Source: Octopus sinensis (lineage: Eukaryota). From it: a stretch of DNA of 64,000 nucleotides. The position numbers and the translations under genes are program-made. Under the pieces are notes generated by a model. The model did not search any database. It was not told the DNA's origin and worked only from the letters and a program-made list of their open reading frames with translations. Below are positions 1 to 14,984 of the stretch, one piece after another (position 1 is the first letter of the stretch; the number at the start of each line of letters is the position of its first letter). Location: assembly GCF_006345805.1 (NCBI RefSeq), contig NC_042998.1, forward strand, positions 61,814,001-61,878,000, given 5' to 3'.

Positions 1-189
1 CACCAGCAGTGACCAATTCCCATCCCCACAGTTTCACACCTACACATACATACACGCACACGTCCAGTCCACCAGTCCTCTTTCACACGCACATACCTAC
101 TCTCTTATACACACACCCACCTTCGTGTTGGGGGGGGGTCATCTTTACTTTGTTATCTCCCCTACTTCTTCGCTCTCCTGTGTGACCCT

Positions 190-385
190 TCTGTCGCCAT
201 GATAGATCGTTAGCCACTACACACATTATTTTTCCTCTCCTTGTTTTTTTCTGTGTTCCTTTCTGTAGAAGAGCGTAGGCTCGAAACGTAAAGACTTTTT
301 CTATTCCTGAACATTATACTAATACATCTGTTTGTTTTGTACACCATTGCCTTCGTCTTTTGTTTTTTTCGTAAACTCTCCGTAT
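190..385 (+). mobile_element. Penelope-type terminal repeat with minimal hammerhead-like motif (259-295)
   Basis: CTTT-CTGTAGA-A-GAGC gtag GCTC-GAAAC-GTA-AAG. A second copy is at 3115-3315. The element ends in (TA)n. Confidence 0.6.
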
Positions 386-492
386 ATATATATGTATGTA
401 TGTGGAGTCATATTTGTCAAAAATAGAAATAAACAGTCTTTGACTGCTATTTCTGATTTTTCGGTATGTGGCTAAGCAACCTGTTGCTCGCC

Positions 493-546
<54 letters not shown>

Positions 547-575
547 GAAGTGCTTCCAGAAATTTTGTATGTGTG

Positions 576-652
<77 letters not shown>

Positions 653-802
653 CACAGTTGTGTGTATGATTGTGTATAGAAGAATATCACTCAAACAAAA
701 TCCAACTTTGATTTCCACGTTTTATTTATAATCTTTTAATATAATATAAGATAAGATAATGAAATGATAGAATATATATATTTCATTCCAGAAATTCTGT
801 AC

Positions 803-881
<79 letters not shown>

Positions 882-1358
882 GTTTTATTTATTATTTCGC
901 ACATTACTTAATCATAATTATATGTTTTATCTTATATTTAATCTTTCTATAAGATGTAATTTTTCTAAATGGTATAATTTAATTTTTCATTATTGAATTG
1001 ATAAAAAGTGTTTTTTTTCTAATTTATATATATACACACTCACGCACATATACGTACATAAATACATACATACATACATACATAGATTCATACATACATA
1101 CATACATACATACATACATACATACATACATACATACATACATACAAGCAAAAATACACTGTTGTTGATGTTGAAATTCCAATGAAGGAACGTTGGACCA
1201 AGGTTAGAAATCGGTTCTTTCTCTATTGGCAAGAAATCTTGAAATAAAACTGAACAAAGACATACATACATGCATACTATATACATACATACATACAGAC
1301 AGACAGACAGACAGACAGACATACGTGTGTGCGTGTGCGTGTGTGTGTGTGTGTTTGT

Positions 1359-1735
1359 GGAGGCGCAATGGCCCAGTGGTTAGGGCAGCAGACTCGCGGT
1401 TATAGGATCGCGGTTTCGATTCTCAGACCGGGCGTTGTGAGTTTTATTGTGCAAAAACACCTGAGGCTCCACGAGACTCCGGCAGGAGATGGTTGCGAAC
1501 CCTACTGTACTCTTTCACCACAACTTTTTTTCCCTCTCTCGTCCTGTTTCTGTTGTACTTGTATTTCAAAGGGCCAGCCTTGTCACACTCTATGTCACGC
1601 TGAATTTCCCCGAGAACTACGTTATGGGTACACGTGTCTGTGGAGTGCTCAGCCACGTGCACGCTAATTTCACGAGCAAGCTGTTCCGTTGATTGGCTCA
1701 ACTGGAACCCTCATCGTCGTAACCGACGGAGTGCC
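1359..1735 (+). mobile_element. tRNA-derived SINE family A (copies or relatives: 7200-7385 -, 41089-41456 +, 15190-15500 +, 29792-30080 -, 3730-3980 +)
   Basis: A box TGGCCCAGTGG, B-box-like GTTTCGATTC, and a shared tail ...CCCTCATCGTCGTAACCGACGGAGTGCC. Confidence 0.85.
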
Positions 1736-2877
1736 GTAGTATATATATATATATATACCTAGTTGTCCGGATTTTTTGCGTTCTTGTCCCATTTTGTATT
1801 TTATTTTGATATATATATATAATATATATACACATACGCGTGTGTGTATGGAGAGGTGTAAACGTGCCTGCTCCAAATATCTATGAAATCTTCAGCATGA
1901 GGTAGAAACGAGGCTGATAAGTATGAAAACTGTAGACAGTTTTGTTTATTTACTTTTATTATTTATTTATTTATTTATTTATCTATTTATTTACGTTAGC
2001 ATATCTGTCTCACTTCCTTCGCTCTGTTGGTGGTTGATTAAGCGTGCGCCCAGTTATCTGTACCCTAAGTTTAACATACATGTCTGGCATGTCGTGCCTC
2101 TGGAGGAAGATTCTACATGGTCATTGGCCATGCTAGAAATAACAGTCAAAGTTTTCATATCTAAAAGCAGGATTCGTTAGAAAATGTAATTTATAAATAA
2201 AAATTAGTAGACGAAATGGTCGTTGTTGGACAGCCTTTGATCACATGTTTGTTCAATCAGGGTTGACCTGGAGATAAGCAAAAACAACATCAACGTCACA
2301 AATACTATTAATGAAGAGAGAGAAAAACCATTTCTTACTGAGAAATTCTGCTAAAAAAAACGATAGAGGGGGAAATCCCAGAATTAAGATAAATTAGAAT
2401 TACTTTAAAAATGAAATCAGTGTGAAGTGAATCTAATGTTTTATCAGTAGAGTGACAACTAGAAGAAAGATTTTTCTTATAATTAAAAATTATCAATTTT
2501 ATTTTTTTTTACTCTAGGCACAAGGCCCGAAATTTTGTGGGGAGGAGCGCCAGTCGATTAGATCGACTCAAATACGCAACTGGTACTAAATTTATCGATG
2601 AAAAGCAAAGTCGACCTCGGCAGAATTTGAACTCAAGAACGTAAAGACAGACGAAATATCGCTAAACATTTCGCCCAGCGTGCTAACGTTTCTGCCAGCT
2701 CACCGCCTTAATTAGGCAATTATATTTAACAAAAAAAAAAAAAGGACGTCTAAGGAAAAACCAAAATGGCATGAACTTTTAGGGAGGGAATTTTCATATT
2801 CTCGAAAGCTTCCTTCCAAAAGCTTCATGTCATTCTCGGGTTTTTTGAAAGATTTGTTTATATACGTTTTATATGAG

Positions 2878-2936
<59 letters not shown>

Positions 2937-2947
2937 CGTGTGTGTGC

Positions 2948-3010
<63 letters not shown>

Positions 3011-3114
3011 TGTGTGTGTGTGTGTGTATATATCAATTTAAAACCAGTGGCCTAGTATATTCAAACATCCGAAGTTTCAGAAAAATTATATTACACACAT
3101 CCTTCTTATATGTA

Positions 3115-3315
3115 CGCCATGATGGATCGTTAGCTCCTACACGCATTTTTTTTCTCTTCTTGTTTCTTTTCTGTGTATCTTTCTGTCGAAGAGCGTAGGC
3201 TCGAAACGTAAAAGACTTGTTTTACTTCTATTCCTGAGCGCCATACTAATACAATTGTTTGTTTGTACTCCACCTGCCTTCGTCTTTTGTTTTTTTCGTA
3301 AACCTTCCCGTTATA
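3115..3315 (+). mobile_element. Second copy of the same repeat (hammerhead-like motif 3178-3215)
   Basis: TCTTT-CTGTCGA-A-GAGC gtag GCTC-GAAAC-GTA-AAAGA. Colinear with 190-385. Confidence 0.62.
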
Positions 3316-3426
3316 TAGGTGTTTGTAAATGGCTTACAACACCTTCCACGCTGCAAATTGTTATATATATATATTATATATATATTATATATATATATAT
3401 ATATATAGTATATATATATTATATAT

Positions 3427-3465
<39 letters not shown>

Positions 3466-4119
3466 AATCATTTCTAATTTAAGAAATCTTCCTTCAAGTA
3501 TTGATTTGAAATTTTGGCACAAGGCCAGCATTTTCGTGCGAGTTGGGTAAGTCGATTACATCGATCTCAGTACTTAACTGGTACTTATTTTATCGACCCC
3601 CGAAAGAATCAAAGAAAAAAGTCGACCTCGGCGGAATTTGAACTCAGCACCCAATGATGGACGAGATGCCGCTAAGTATATTTTGCTAAAACCTTTTTTT
3701 GAAATATGTGTGGGGGAGGGTGGAGGTGGAAGCGCGTGGCCTAGTGGTTAGGGTGTTGGACTCATGATCGTAAGATTGAGGTTTCGATTCCTGGACTGGG
3801 CGACGTGTTGTGTTCTTGAGCTAAACAGTATATTTCATGTTACTCCGGTCCACTTAGTGAACCAAAATGAGTAATCCTACAACAGACCGGTGTGCTGTCC
3901 AGGCGAGGAGGGGGTGAATATATGCGCCACGGAAACCGGGAAACTGGCCTTATGAGTCTGTATGACTCGGGAAAGGATCTATATCCTTTGATCGATTCAT
4001 AGATACGTACACACACTTCTCTCCTGTCAACAATAATTTTGCCAGTTTATGAAATCCTTTTTCCGTTGTTAAATCATTTACTTTCTCAAAATATCTTCCT
4101 TTTCTTTTTTAATTTAAAA

Positions 4120-4415
4120 AAATGTAAAAATAATATTAAAATAAAATAGAATAAAATGTAAAAATAATATTAAAATAAAATAGAATAAAATGTAAAAATA
4201 ATATTAAAATAAAATAGAATAAAATGTAAAAATAATATTAAAATAAAATAGAATAAAATGTAAAAATAATATTAAAATAAAATAGAATAAAATGTAAAAA
4301 TAATATTAAAATAAAATAGAATAAAAGTAAAAATAATATTAAAATAAAATAGAATAAAATGTAAAAATAACTTTAAAATAACATAGAATAAAATGTAAAA
4401 ATAATATTAAAATAA
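4120..4415. repeat. 35-bp AT-rich minisatellite (~8 units, resuming after the SINE at ~4820)
   Basis: Unit AAATGTAAAAATAATATTAAAATAAAATAGAATAA. Confidence 0.92.
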
Positions 4416-4416
4416 A

Positions 4417-4815
4417 GGGCGGCAGGAGTGGCTGTGTGGTTCCGGGTTCATCCCCACTGCGTGGCATCTTGGGTCAAGTGTCTTCTGCTATAGCCCCGGG
4501 CCGACCAATGCCTTGTGAGTGGATTTGGTAGATGGAAACTGAAAGAAGCCTGTCGTATATATGTATATATATATAAGTGTGTGTGTATATGTTGTGTGTC
4601 TGTGTTTGTCCCCCTAGCATTGCTTGACAACCGATGCTGGTGTGTTTACGTCCCCGTCCCTTAGCGGTTCGGAAAAAGAGACCGATAGAATAAGTACTGG
4701 GTCTTACAAAGAATAAGTCCCGGGTCGATTTGCTCTCGACTAAAAGGCGGGTGCTCCAGCATGGCCGCAGTCAAAATGACTGAAACAAGTAAAAGAGTAA
4801 AAGAGTAAAAGAGAG
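4417..4815 (+). mobile_element. SINE family C (copies: 42855-43260 -, 54385-54720 -, and 56820-57840 + split by an RTE tail)
   Basis: GGAGTGGCTGTGTGG head, GGTTCA.CCC box, internal (TA/TG)n and a (GAGTAAAA)n tail. This copy is inserted in a minisatellite. Confidence 0.8.
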
Positions 4816-5665
4816 AGAGAGAATAAAATGTAAAAATATTATTAAAATAAAATGAAATAAAAAAAAATTAATCTCTCGTCCATCTTTAATTGTAGATCCA
4901 CCATCACAATCGCTTTTATGCGCCATTTTCATTCTTTGTTTCACACTGCTTTTCTTTTCTTTTTTCTTTCTTTTTTTTCATCTTCATTTCTCATCTTGAT
5001 ACCCCTTTTCCTGAACCATCTATCTGCTAATTCTAACTAAATCTTCGACCCTTATCTATTTCTCCATCGTCTACGTGTAGACGGGTAACTTAAGCTATTA
5101 TCAGTTTCTCTTGTTTTCCACGTAAGAAATCATATTTCTTTTACTCTAGATCTTCTTTTTATCGCCGTTATCATTTTATTTCTTAACACTTTTGTCGCTC
5201 CTATCTTTTTTATCTCTTCTTATTTCTTGACACACATTGAAAGACAAGACAGGGGCTAATCTTCAATTTTACGACTGATAGCGGCAACAACAAGAGCAAT
5301 AACAACAACAACAACAAAATTACGAGCATGCTTGTGGTGTGTGTGTGTTTGCATGTATGTGTGTATGTAAACATGCGCACGCGCAGACACACACACGCTC
5401 TCATATATCTATATGTATATGAATATCATAATTCACACTCGCATATATATATATATATACACACATATTGTAAGCATGTATGGAATGTAAGTATATATTT
5501 GCATACAAATGTGTATATATTTTTTTCTACTATAAGCACAAGGCCTAAAGATGTGTATATATTAATTTATTGGCATGTGTATGTGTGTGTATATGTATGC
5601 ATAATATAAATCTGTTGATTTATTTATACGCATGTATATGTATGCGTGCATAATATACAAACATC

Positions 5666-5943
5666 GGATCTATTCCATCTCAGTCACAGATTTTTTAATT
5701 AATTTTTTTTAACTAAACAGTTTAAAACTTCGAATACTAGTAGAATTTCTCACGTAGAACATGGTTTACTTTAAACATTTTTGAAAAAATTTCGTATTTT
5801 AGAAGTTATTTCGTGTTAAAGTTGTCGTATTTGGGTAATTTCACCCAATCAACGACGAGTAGAATTTCGACCAATATTCGAAGTTTCAAACTGCTTAGTT
5901 AAAAAAAATAATAAAAAGTCTGTGACTAAGATGGAATAGATCC
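5666..5943. mobile_element. Fold-back/MITE-like element
   Basis: Imperfect ~70-bp TIRs GGATCTATTCCATCTCAGTCACAGA... / ...TCTGTGACTAAGATGGAATAGATCC. Confidence 0.75.
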
Positions 5944-6833
5944 CACATATCTCAACGTGTCTATGTATACGTCATATAAATGTTAGTATCTATACGTGTA
6001 TGTGTTTGTGTAATAAAGTAATATATGTTGGTGTGCTTAAACGTGTATATATTTAGGTATATATATATTAATTTGTTGGTAAGTCATTATGTGTGTATAT
6101 GTATGTGTAATATAAATATATTTGTATGCCATTACGCATGTATATATAACCGTTGGTTTATTTATACGTATGTATATGTACGTGTCCATACATATATATC
6201 GGTTTGCTTTAGCGTGTGTATGCACTTATAATAGGTTAAACTATATTTAACAGCTTTTAATTATAATTTCCTAATTAGTAATGGTCTTGTGAAACCCAGT
6301 TTCTCAAGATCGTTGACGAGGTAATTAATTACGTATCCTAAGGTATTATGATATAATTATTAAACTTTTAACTAAAGTTTCATAACAGTCAACTTAGAAT
6401 ATATCCGCTACCCCACCATCATGTATCTGACTATGGTATCTTAATGGATTTCACTATCGGGAAAAATTACCAAACACTAGTTTTGAGAATTAGCACAAAC
6501 AGCTTTCCAAGAACTATTTCAAAGAATTAGAAACAAACAACTCAAACAGTGACAGGATGCTGCCAACGAAATTTATTCAGAATCACATAAGTTCTTGTGT
6601 TTATTGAGATATTTAAAGATTCTTCTTTCATGTTTTCTACAAGTACTTTTTTATGGCTTTTCGAGAAATACAGATTTCAATTAAATATAGATTTCAATTA
6701 AAAAAAAAATAGAAAATATCGTTGTCTTCCTGCAGATTCTCCTCATCTGAAGAATTTATTAGTTTCTCTTGGTTATTATTGCCTTTGCAGAAATGACATA
6801 GACAGTTGCTGTTATTATTGTTGTTGTTTTCTT

Positions 6834-6915
<82 letters not shown>

Positions 6916-7471
6916 CAAACAGGACTCACGCCATTAGCCACAAACAATAATCTCCAAGCTATTCTGAGCTACTAAGAATGCGTGTGACAACTTGAAGATT
7001 CACCCACCACACGCGATAGACTGCGGTTGCACGGGCGCGAAAGCTACGTTGTTATCCTCATTCCGTAAACGGTGGCTTTTAACGGGTGGAGAGCTGAACC
7101 ATCCTGGGGTACAGAGAATTCGCAATCTAGATAGGGTCTGAAAGTTTACCACACCATAGTGGGTTACACCATGATTCCTCTGCTTTGTGGTAGAAGTAGG
7201 AAGAAAGAGAGAGAGAAAGTTGTGGTGAAAGAATACAGCGGGGTTCACCACCCTTCCCCGCCGGAGCCTCGTGGAGCTTAGGTGTTTTTGCTCAATAAAC
7301 ACTCGCAATGCCCGGTCTGGGAATCGAAACCGCGTTCTTACGACCGCGAGTCCGCTGCCCTAACCACTGGGCCATTGCGCCTCCACTTGTCGTTGTTGTC
7401 GTCGTCGTTGTCGTTATTATTTATTAGAGGCGGCGTGCTGGTAAAATCATTAAAGAGTTGAAAAGAATGCT

Positions 7472-7571
7472 NNNNNNNNNNNNNNNNNNNNNNNNNNNNN
7501 NNNNNNNNNNNNNNNNNNNNNNNNNNNNNNNNNNNNNNNNNNNNNNNNNNNNNNNNNNNNNNNNNNNNNNN
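7472..7571. other. Assembly gap
   Basis: 100 consecutive N. Confidence 1.
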
Positions 7572-7709
7572 GCGTCCAATAACACAGTACTTGTTCCACG
7601 TCCTCGCGTGTTTTTTTCTTGCTGTTCTTCTTGCTTAGCTTGACTATATATATACCCCACATTATATATATATATATATAATATATATATAATATTATAT
7701 ATATATATA

Positions 7710-7747
<38 letters not shown>

Positions 7748-7782
7748 ATATATAACATACAATACATACATACATACATACA

Positions 7783-7815
<33 letters not shown>

Positions 7816-8613
7816 TTAGATTCAGATGAATATGGTACTTAAGTTGAGGCAGCAGAATTTAGTACGGTATTATCCATATTAAAATCAATATAAGCAAGAA
7901 GGATATCCAGAGGTAATGCAGTACAATCGTTTCATGCATAATAATTCAAAATATATTAGACTAAAAATTATATATTTACTTATTTAGCTATTATCAATAA
8001 AAGACTGATGTTTGGTATCAGCTAAAGGAATATTTAAGTTATGGAACAATCATATCTTACACTAATCTTTTTTTTAAAATTAGGTTTAAGAAGTTATTAC
8101 TCCCTACATGATATTTATAGTTTCTTAGTGGTACTTGTTTAGAATGGTTATATATATAAAGGTCCTTATAAATACTAAGATCAGGAGGGTAGAGCTATTT
8201 AGGAAAGAGATAAATCAAGTAATTTCTAAAGATCATTTCAAACAATATTGTCTTATTGTATAAAGTAAAAAATTTAGGGTAATCAAGATTATTAAGAATG
8301 AAATTTTTACAAAAGGATAAAACTTCTTTGAATATTTTGAGTATATACCAAATTTTTACCACAATAGAGGGAGGAAAAGAAAATTGCAAAGAAATAGTTT
8401 AATATTTATTTATTATTACTTATCTAAATATTAACTTATTATATGGTTTCTATGGAGATTGATCAAATTGGATTTAACTTGTATTTAATAAGGGAGCAAC
8501 TGAGGTTAAAGAACATGTTAACTATATACTGATTTAATTAAATTGAACTATTTGAAGTTGTACAGATACCGGTATTACTTTATATAAGCTGAGTACGAAT
8601 TAATAGGGGTACA

Positions 8614-8654
<41 letters not shown>

Positions 8655-8806
8655 TACATATATATATATATTAACAATTGAGGATAAAATCTTTAAAAGA
8701 AATTATCAGTAGTCAGCGTGTAGTTTTGACCGCATTGGTCCCTCTTAGCGTGTTGGTATCTACGAATAGTAGTACCCTCAATATAGTATATATATATATA
8801 TATATA

Positions 8807-9130
8807 AACTTAGATAAACTTAGATAAACTTAGATATGCTTCGACCAATGATTGGTCCAGGCCATGTCTAACTTAATAGCACACCACTGATAGGATTATT
8901 TGAATCCTGTTAAGTCAAGTTTTGTTTATGGTCCATTCAAGTAGTGAGTTTTTGTTGGGTGAGTTGTATCCAATTATAGGTGGCTTATCTGGTATTCCTT
9001 GAAGGAATCTATCCAGACTCCGTTTAAAGTTGATGGGATCCTGTTCCTCTTTGATCTCTTTCGGGACAATGTTAAATAGGGCATGTTGAGGAAAAGAAAT
9101 TATGTTGTAGTGTACATGTATGCTGTGATC
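8807..9130 (-). mobile_element. CR1-group LINE 3' end
   Basis: LFNIVPKEIK...FKRSLDRFLQGIPDKP C-terminus, with an (AAACTTAGAT)x3 tail on the + strand. Confidence 0.65.
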
Positions 9131-10683
9131 TTGAATTGGGCAAGGGACGTATGGCCCGTGGTCCCAGTCTTGATATATACATATATATATATATACATAT
9201 ATATACACATATATACATACATATATATGTTATCTATGTATGTATATGTACACACGTGCACACCCACATACATGCATCACACAGTTCTTTAAAAATCGAA
9301 TGTGCTTCTATATATTCGCGTGCGTGTATGTGTAAATGTGTGTGTGTGGTGTGTGAACAAGAACATATTCATATACATCTGTTTATGTACGTGCGCTTGA
9401 GTATGTGTGGGTATGTGGGTGAGTGTGTGTCTGTGGGTGAGTGTGTGTGTGTGCGTACGTTTGTGTGTGTATAAATCTGTACGCATATATGCATCCATTC
9501 ATACAAGCATACCTATCTAAATATACCGATCGTACATCTTTATTTATTGTGGGACAATAACTAAACTGAACTCTTGTTAGCATTAACGAAGAAACTTGAT
9601 CGTTCCCGACAAAAGTATTCTGTCTGTCAAGGAAAGGTGTAGATGGGACGAGAATACTATTTAATGAATGTTCCTAATGAGCCTTGCCCTTCTTCCCAGA
9701 CATCATACTTAAGTCGCGTCTCCGATAGCAAATGTCAGTTTAACAGGAAGTATAAACAAGATGGCTGACATGTTGAAGGAGAACTCTTGAAATTGTTGAG
9801 ATGTTTCCTCAGTTAACTTACTAATACCTACAAAAGTTTTTCATTCAGACCTGAAGGCGAGGTGGGCGCCATTTGATCGTCTGCTTGACTGTCTAACTAA
9901 AAAAACTAATCAATTCTCAGTCAATTGGTTACTGTGTTGTAGATGTGATGTTGTTATCGCTGCTGCTGCTACTGCTGTTGTTCTTGTTCTTGTTCGTGTT
10001 CTTATTTGTGGCGACGGTAGTGGTGGTGGCAGCGGTGGTTAGGCCCAGATCAACTCTGGACGACCAGACTTATGATCAAAGCTATTTAGCCATGATCATC
10101 TTTTATTATAATTGACTGACCAAATGAGGTCAAATTCCGCCGGGGTTGGCTTTTTGCGTTCTGAGTTTAAATACCGTTGCAGTCAACTTTACCTTTCATC
10201 CTTTCGAGGTCGATAGAATAAAGTAGCAGTCAAGTAATGGAGTCCATTACCTCAAAATTGCTGGCCTTGTGCCAAAATTTGAAACAATCATTATAAATAA
10301 TTTGTTGTTGTTGTTGTTGTTGTTGGTGTTGTTGTTGTTGTTGTTGGTGGTGGGTGGTGGTGGTGGTGGTTGTGGTGGTGGTGGTGGCGGCGCCGGCGGT
10401 AGTGGCAGTGGTTTTCGTCGTCGTTGTCGTCATCGTCGTAATGTTGTTGACACTCTCGAGTTTTTGAATTTCCTTCCACTACGATCCTTCCAGACGAATT
10501 AGATACTATACAATACCAAAAATATCACAGTGAAAATCAGTGATGTTATGGTAAATTCCATTCCAGTTATATTTCTTTCTTTATCTATTTATTTATTTAT
10601 TTTCTTACTTATTTACCAATTCACTTCACTTTCTACATCTATAAGGCCTATAGAATAATACATTAAATTTTTCTCAGACAAAA

Positions 10684-10727
<44 letters not shown>

Positions 10728-10777
10728 ATGTTTTCTGCTGTTACTGAAAGAGCCGGAGCAAGTGAATCGATAAGTGA

Positions 10778-10863
<86 letters not shown>

Positions 10864-12818
10864 CGATGATGATGACGATGATGATGACGATGATGATGAC
10901 GATGATGATGACGATGATGATGACGATGATGATGATGATGATGATGATGCAGTACCAGCCAGTGGCTCTCATGGATTCTGATCTTAACTGATTGGAAGTG
11001 TTATCATGTACATTGTTTTGTCTTGGCACAAAATGATGTGCTATAGCAAATATTCTGCTCAATACCACAGATTTGCTTGACAGTTTTTTTACCTTAACCA
11101 GTTGACCATGTCCCTTAGTGGCTGACGATATGTGCATCTCTGACCACGAGCAGAAGTAGTGGGTGAACATCATAGCCATGTGTTGAGAGGGATTCTTTGC
11201 GGTTTGAATAATTCACCTCTGGAAACATGATTGTTTCGTTCAACATCCTTAAACAATCCTTATTCAGAGACCTTTTGAGCGGGATGGGCTACTCGACCAG
11301 AACAAAATTCTAACTGGGCCATATATTTACATATATTTACATATATTTACAAACATCGGGAACCCTCTTAACTCAAAAAGTCTTGTCGTTTTGTTATCGA
11401 CCGGGTTGAACTCTCTCAAAAACTTAAATTATACATACATACATATACGACTTCGATTGAATCCCAGGAAGACATGCCAAATATAATGATCTGCAATCGA
11501 GAAAAGAAATTATCATTTGCCCGGCTGATGTCAACATAATGTTAAAAATTAGTGAAAAAGAGAAATCTGCCGTTTCTCCATCCAGACTGTTTTAGATTTT
11601 TACTAATAATTATTGCAGAATTTAGCAACCAGGGCTGTCGCCAAAACCCTGTAATCTGCGGTCGCAGGGTTCCTCCGCGGTTGAAGGGCCCCATGTTAAG
11701 ATCAAAGTACGTAGATGAGTCGTTTATTTATTTTGGTTAAGATGTTGAACAAGAATTAAACTATGTTAGGTGAAAATTTCAAGAAATAAAATGGTAATAC
11801 ATTGTACCTGCAAAAGGTCTTGTAGAAATATTACATTGAACTACAAATGTGTACCAGACTTTGTGGATTGTTTCTGAGATCTATTGAATACGAACTTAGC
11901 TCTCGGCTTCATTATTTTGAACTGATCGAAGATTTCGGGATGCGAAAAGTGCGCTGTGTGTTTGTCTTTGAAAGTTGCCTGGATTATAAAAGTGCTCTTT
12001 TATTCATATCTGGAAGTTTTACTTGTTGAAATTTGTAATAGACCTAAATAAATGTAACAGGTTGTACTTTTAAAGATGTTGTTTAGGATAACGTGAAATA
12101 TTGAACTTCAGATAGAATAAAGTAAAATATAGCCATGAATAAAAGGTGCGTAGATTATGAATTTTGATTGAAGGGATGAGACCTCGAAATAAAAAGATTC
12201 GAGGGGTGGGCTCTAAAAGTTACGTTTACGTAGTTCTGATCCTCTTAAGGATGGAGGGATTCGCAAAACTAGACAGAATACGCCTTGTCAACAGATTATA
12301 GCTACAAGCAATAAAAGACACTGTCAAGATATGTAAAACATTTAAGAAGTTCAGCTTGCAATAATTACCCCAAATTCGACGCTATCATGTTTGCACTTAC
12401 ACACACATGCATGTATATATATGAATATGTGTATACATGCAAACATACAATTATACATACGTATACATTCATACTTGACTACTAAATTCCAATGAAGGAA
12501 TCTTATTTCTAGAGTAGAAGATGGCTATTTCTCCATTGGTACAGCAAAAAAATCAATAAAACCAGGAAAATATACATACATACACAAATACATATATACA
12601 CATGCATACATACATAAATACATACACACATATATACATGCATACTTCGTTGCATACATGCATTTATACATACATACATACATACATACGTACATACATT
12701 CATACATACACAGATACATACATGCATTCATACACACATACGCCTACATTCATACATACATATATACATACACAGAGAGCGAGGAATAGACTTTAAAAGA
12801 ATTGATGTATATAAGAAG

Positions 12819-12853
<35 letters not shown>

Positions 12854-13659
12854 TTCTCTTCTCTATCTCTCTCTCTCTTTCTCTCTCTCCCCACATACGC
12901 ACACACACATACGCGCGCATGCACACACACACACGCACACACACACACACACACTGTTTATGACTTAGAGTAACCCAAGAATATGAATAATAATTAGCTA
13001 CAGCGTAAAAGTTTAAGAGAATCACTTCCTTTATGGCGCACGTTCATATATGTCTGTGTGTGTTTGTTGTGTGTGTGCGTGGGTGCGTGCGAGTGTGTGC
13101 GCGTGTGCGTAAATACATACATACATACATACATACATAAAACATACATACATACATACATACATACATACATACATACATGCATACCCTGCAGCTGGTT
13201 AATATTCTGGGTGTGATGATCTAAGCAGAAATAACCATAAAGCGCCGAACTAAACTCTTTGTTATTTTTAATATCTTCTCTTTTCGCATTCTTGGTTCTT
13301 TCGGATTTTGCCGGCGCCAAGAGAGTTTTTCATCTTTCTTGTGGCAATAAAATTAGTACCAGTTATTAACTGAGGTCAATTTCATGTACTAGACCCGTCT
13401 GCCTTCTAATTAATTTAATTGGGAGGGGAACATTCTGAAAGACGTAGCCGTATTTCGTCTGCCGTTACGTTCTGAGTTCAAATTCCGCCGAGGTCGACTT
13501 TGCCTTTCATCCTTTCGGAGTCGATAAATTAAGTACCAGTTACGCACTGGGGTCGATGTAATCGACTTAATCCGTTTGTCTGTCCTTGTTTGTCCCCTCT
13601 GTTTTTAGCCCCTTGTGGGTAGTAAAGAAACAAATATTTAGTCATTCCGTCTTACTCAG

Positions 13660-14255
13660 TGTCACGGGGGTTCAGATGTGCCACTGATGATCAGGTAGAC
13701 GTAGATTCACAGATATTCGTTCTGTACCGCAGATGTTTGGTAGTGCCACTGACGGTCGTTCTGCACCGTAAATGTTTAGTTTGTGCCACAAATGTTCAAT
13801 GTGTGCTGTAGATGTTCAGTGTGTCATAGATTTTTGGAAATGTGCTGAGGCTTGTATTGTGCCGCAGGGGTCGCATATATTTGGCCGTGCCACTGAGGTT
13901 TGTTTTGTGTCGCTGATGTTCAGTCTGAGTCACAGTTATTCAGTTTCTTTCACAGACGTTTGTCAGCGTCACACATGTTCAGATTGTGCCATACATGTTT
14001 GGCAGTGTCATTGAGATTTGTACTATGCCGCAGATGCTTGGCAGTTCCACTACGGTTCGGTGTATGCAACAAATGTTAAATTTGTGCTGCAGATGGTCAG
14101 TTTGGCAATGTTACTGAGATTCTTTCTGAATGAAATGTTCTCTCCGTGTCGCAGTTGTTCATATTATGTAACAGGTTTTCACTCTGTGTGACACATTTTC
14201 CTTCAGTGCCAGCCGATATTCAATCTGTACAGCAGATTCTCAATCTGTGTCAATA
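13660..14255. repeat. Degenerate ~19-20-bp tandem array
   Basis: Recurrent GATGTTCAGTNTGTGCCACA-like units. Confidence 0.75.
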
Positions 14256-14548
14256 AGTACTCACTGATGATATATGAACCATCGTTTGTATGATTCTGAT
14301 CCTGGTAAGAATGGGGGAAGGTCTGTAATGCTAGTCAACCTCGTCGGATTGGTTTTTGTTGTAGCCAGGTACATATTTTATCCAGTTTTCTTTGCCGACA
14401 TTCTAACTGCTTCTAGATTTTGTTTACGGTATGTGAAAACATACCCATTTCACGCCATCATTTATGATATGCACTCAAAAAGTTGCTGCTGTTCCTTTCA
14501 GAATCCTAATTACAGCCGTTTGGCTGTGGCTTAAATATTGCAATACAG

Positions 14549-14601
<53 letters not shown>

Positions 14602-14657
14602 CGCGCGCGTGTGTGTATGTGTGTGTATGAGTGAATGTATGTATGTATGTATGTATC

Positions 14658-14697
<40 letters not shown>

Positions 14698-14851
14698 CAT
14701 ACATACATGCATACATACATACATACATACATACATACATACATACATTAATGTATACATATATATAATATATATATGTGTGTGCGTGTATACATATATA
14801 CAAACATTATGAATGTGTGTGCGTGTATGAATGAATGAATATATGTATATA

Positions 14852-14984
<133 letters not shown>

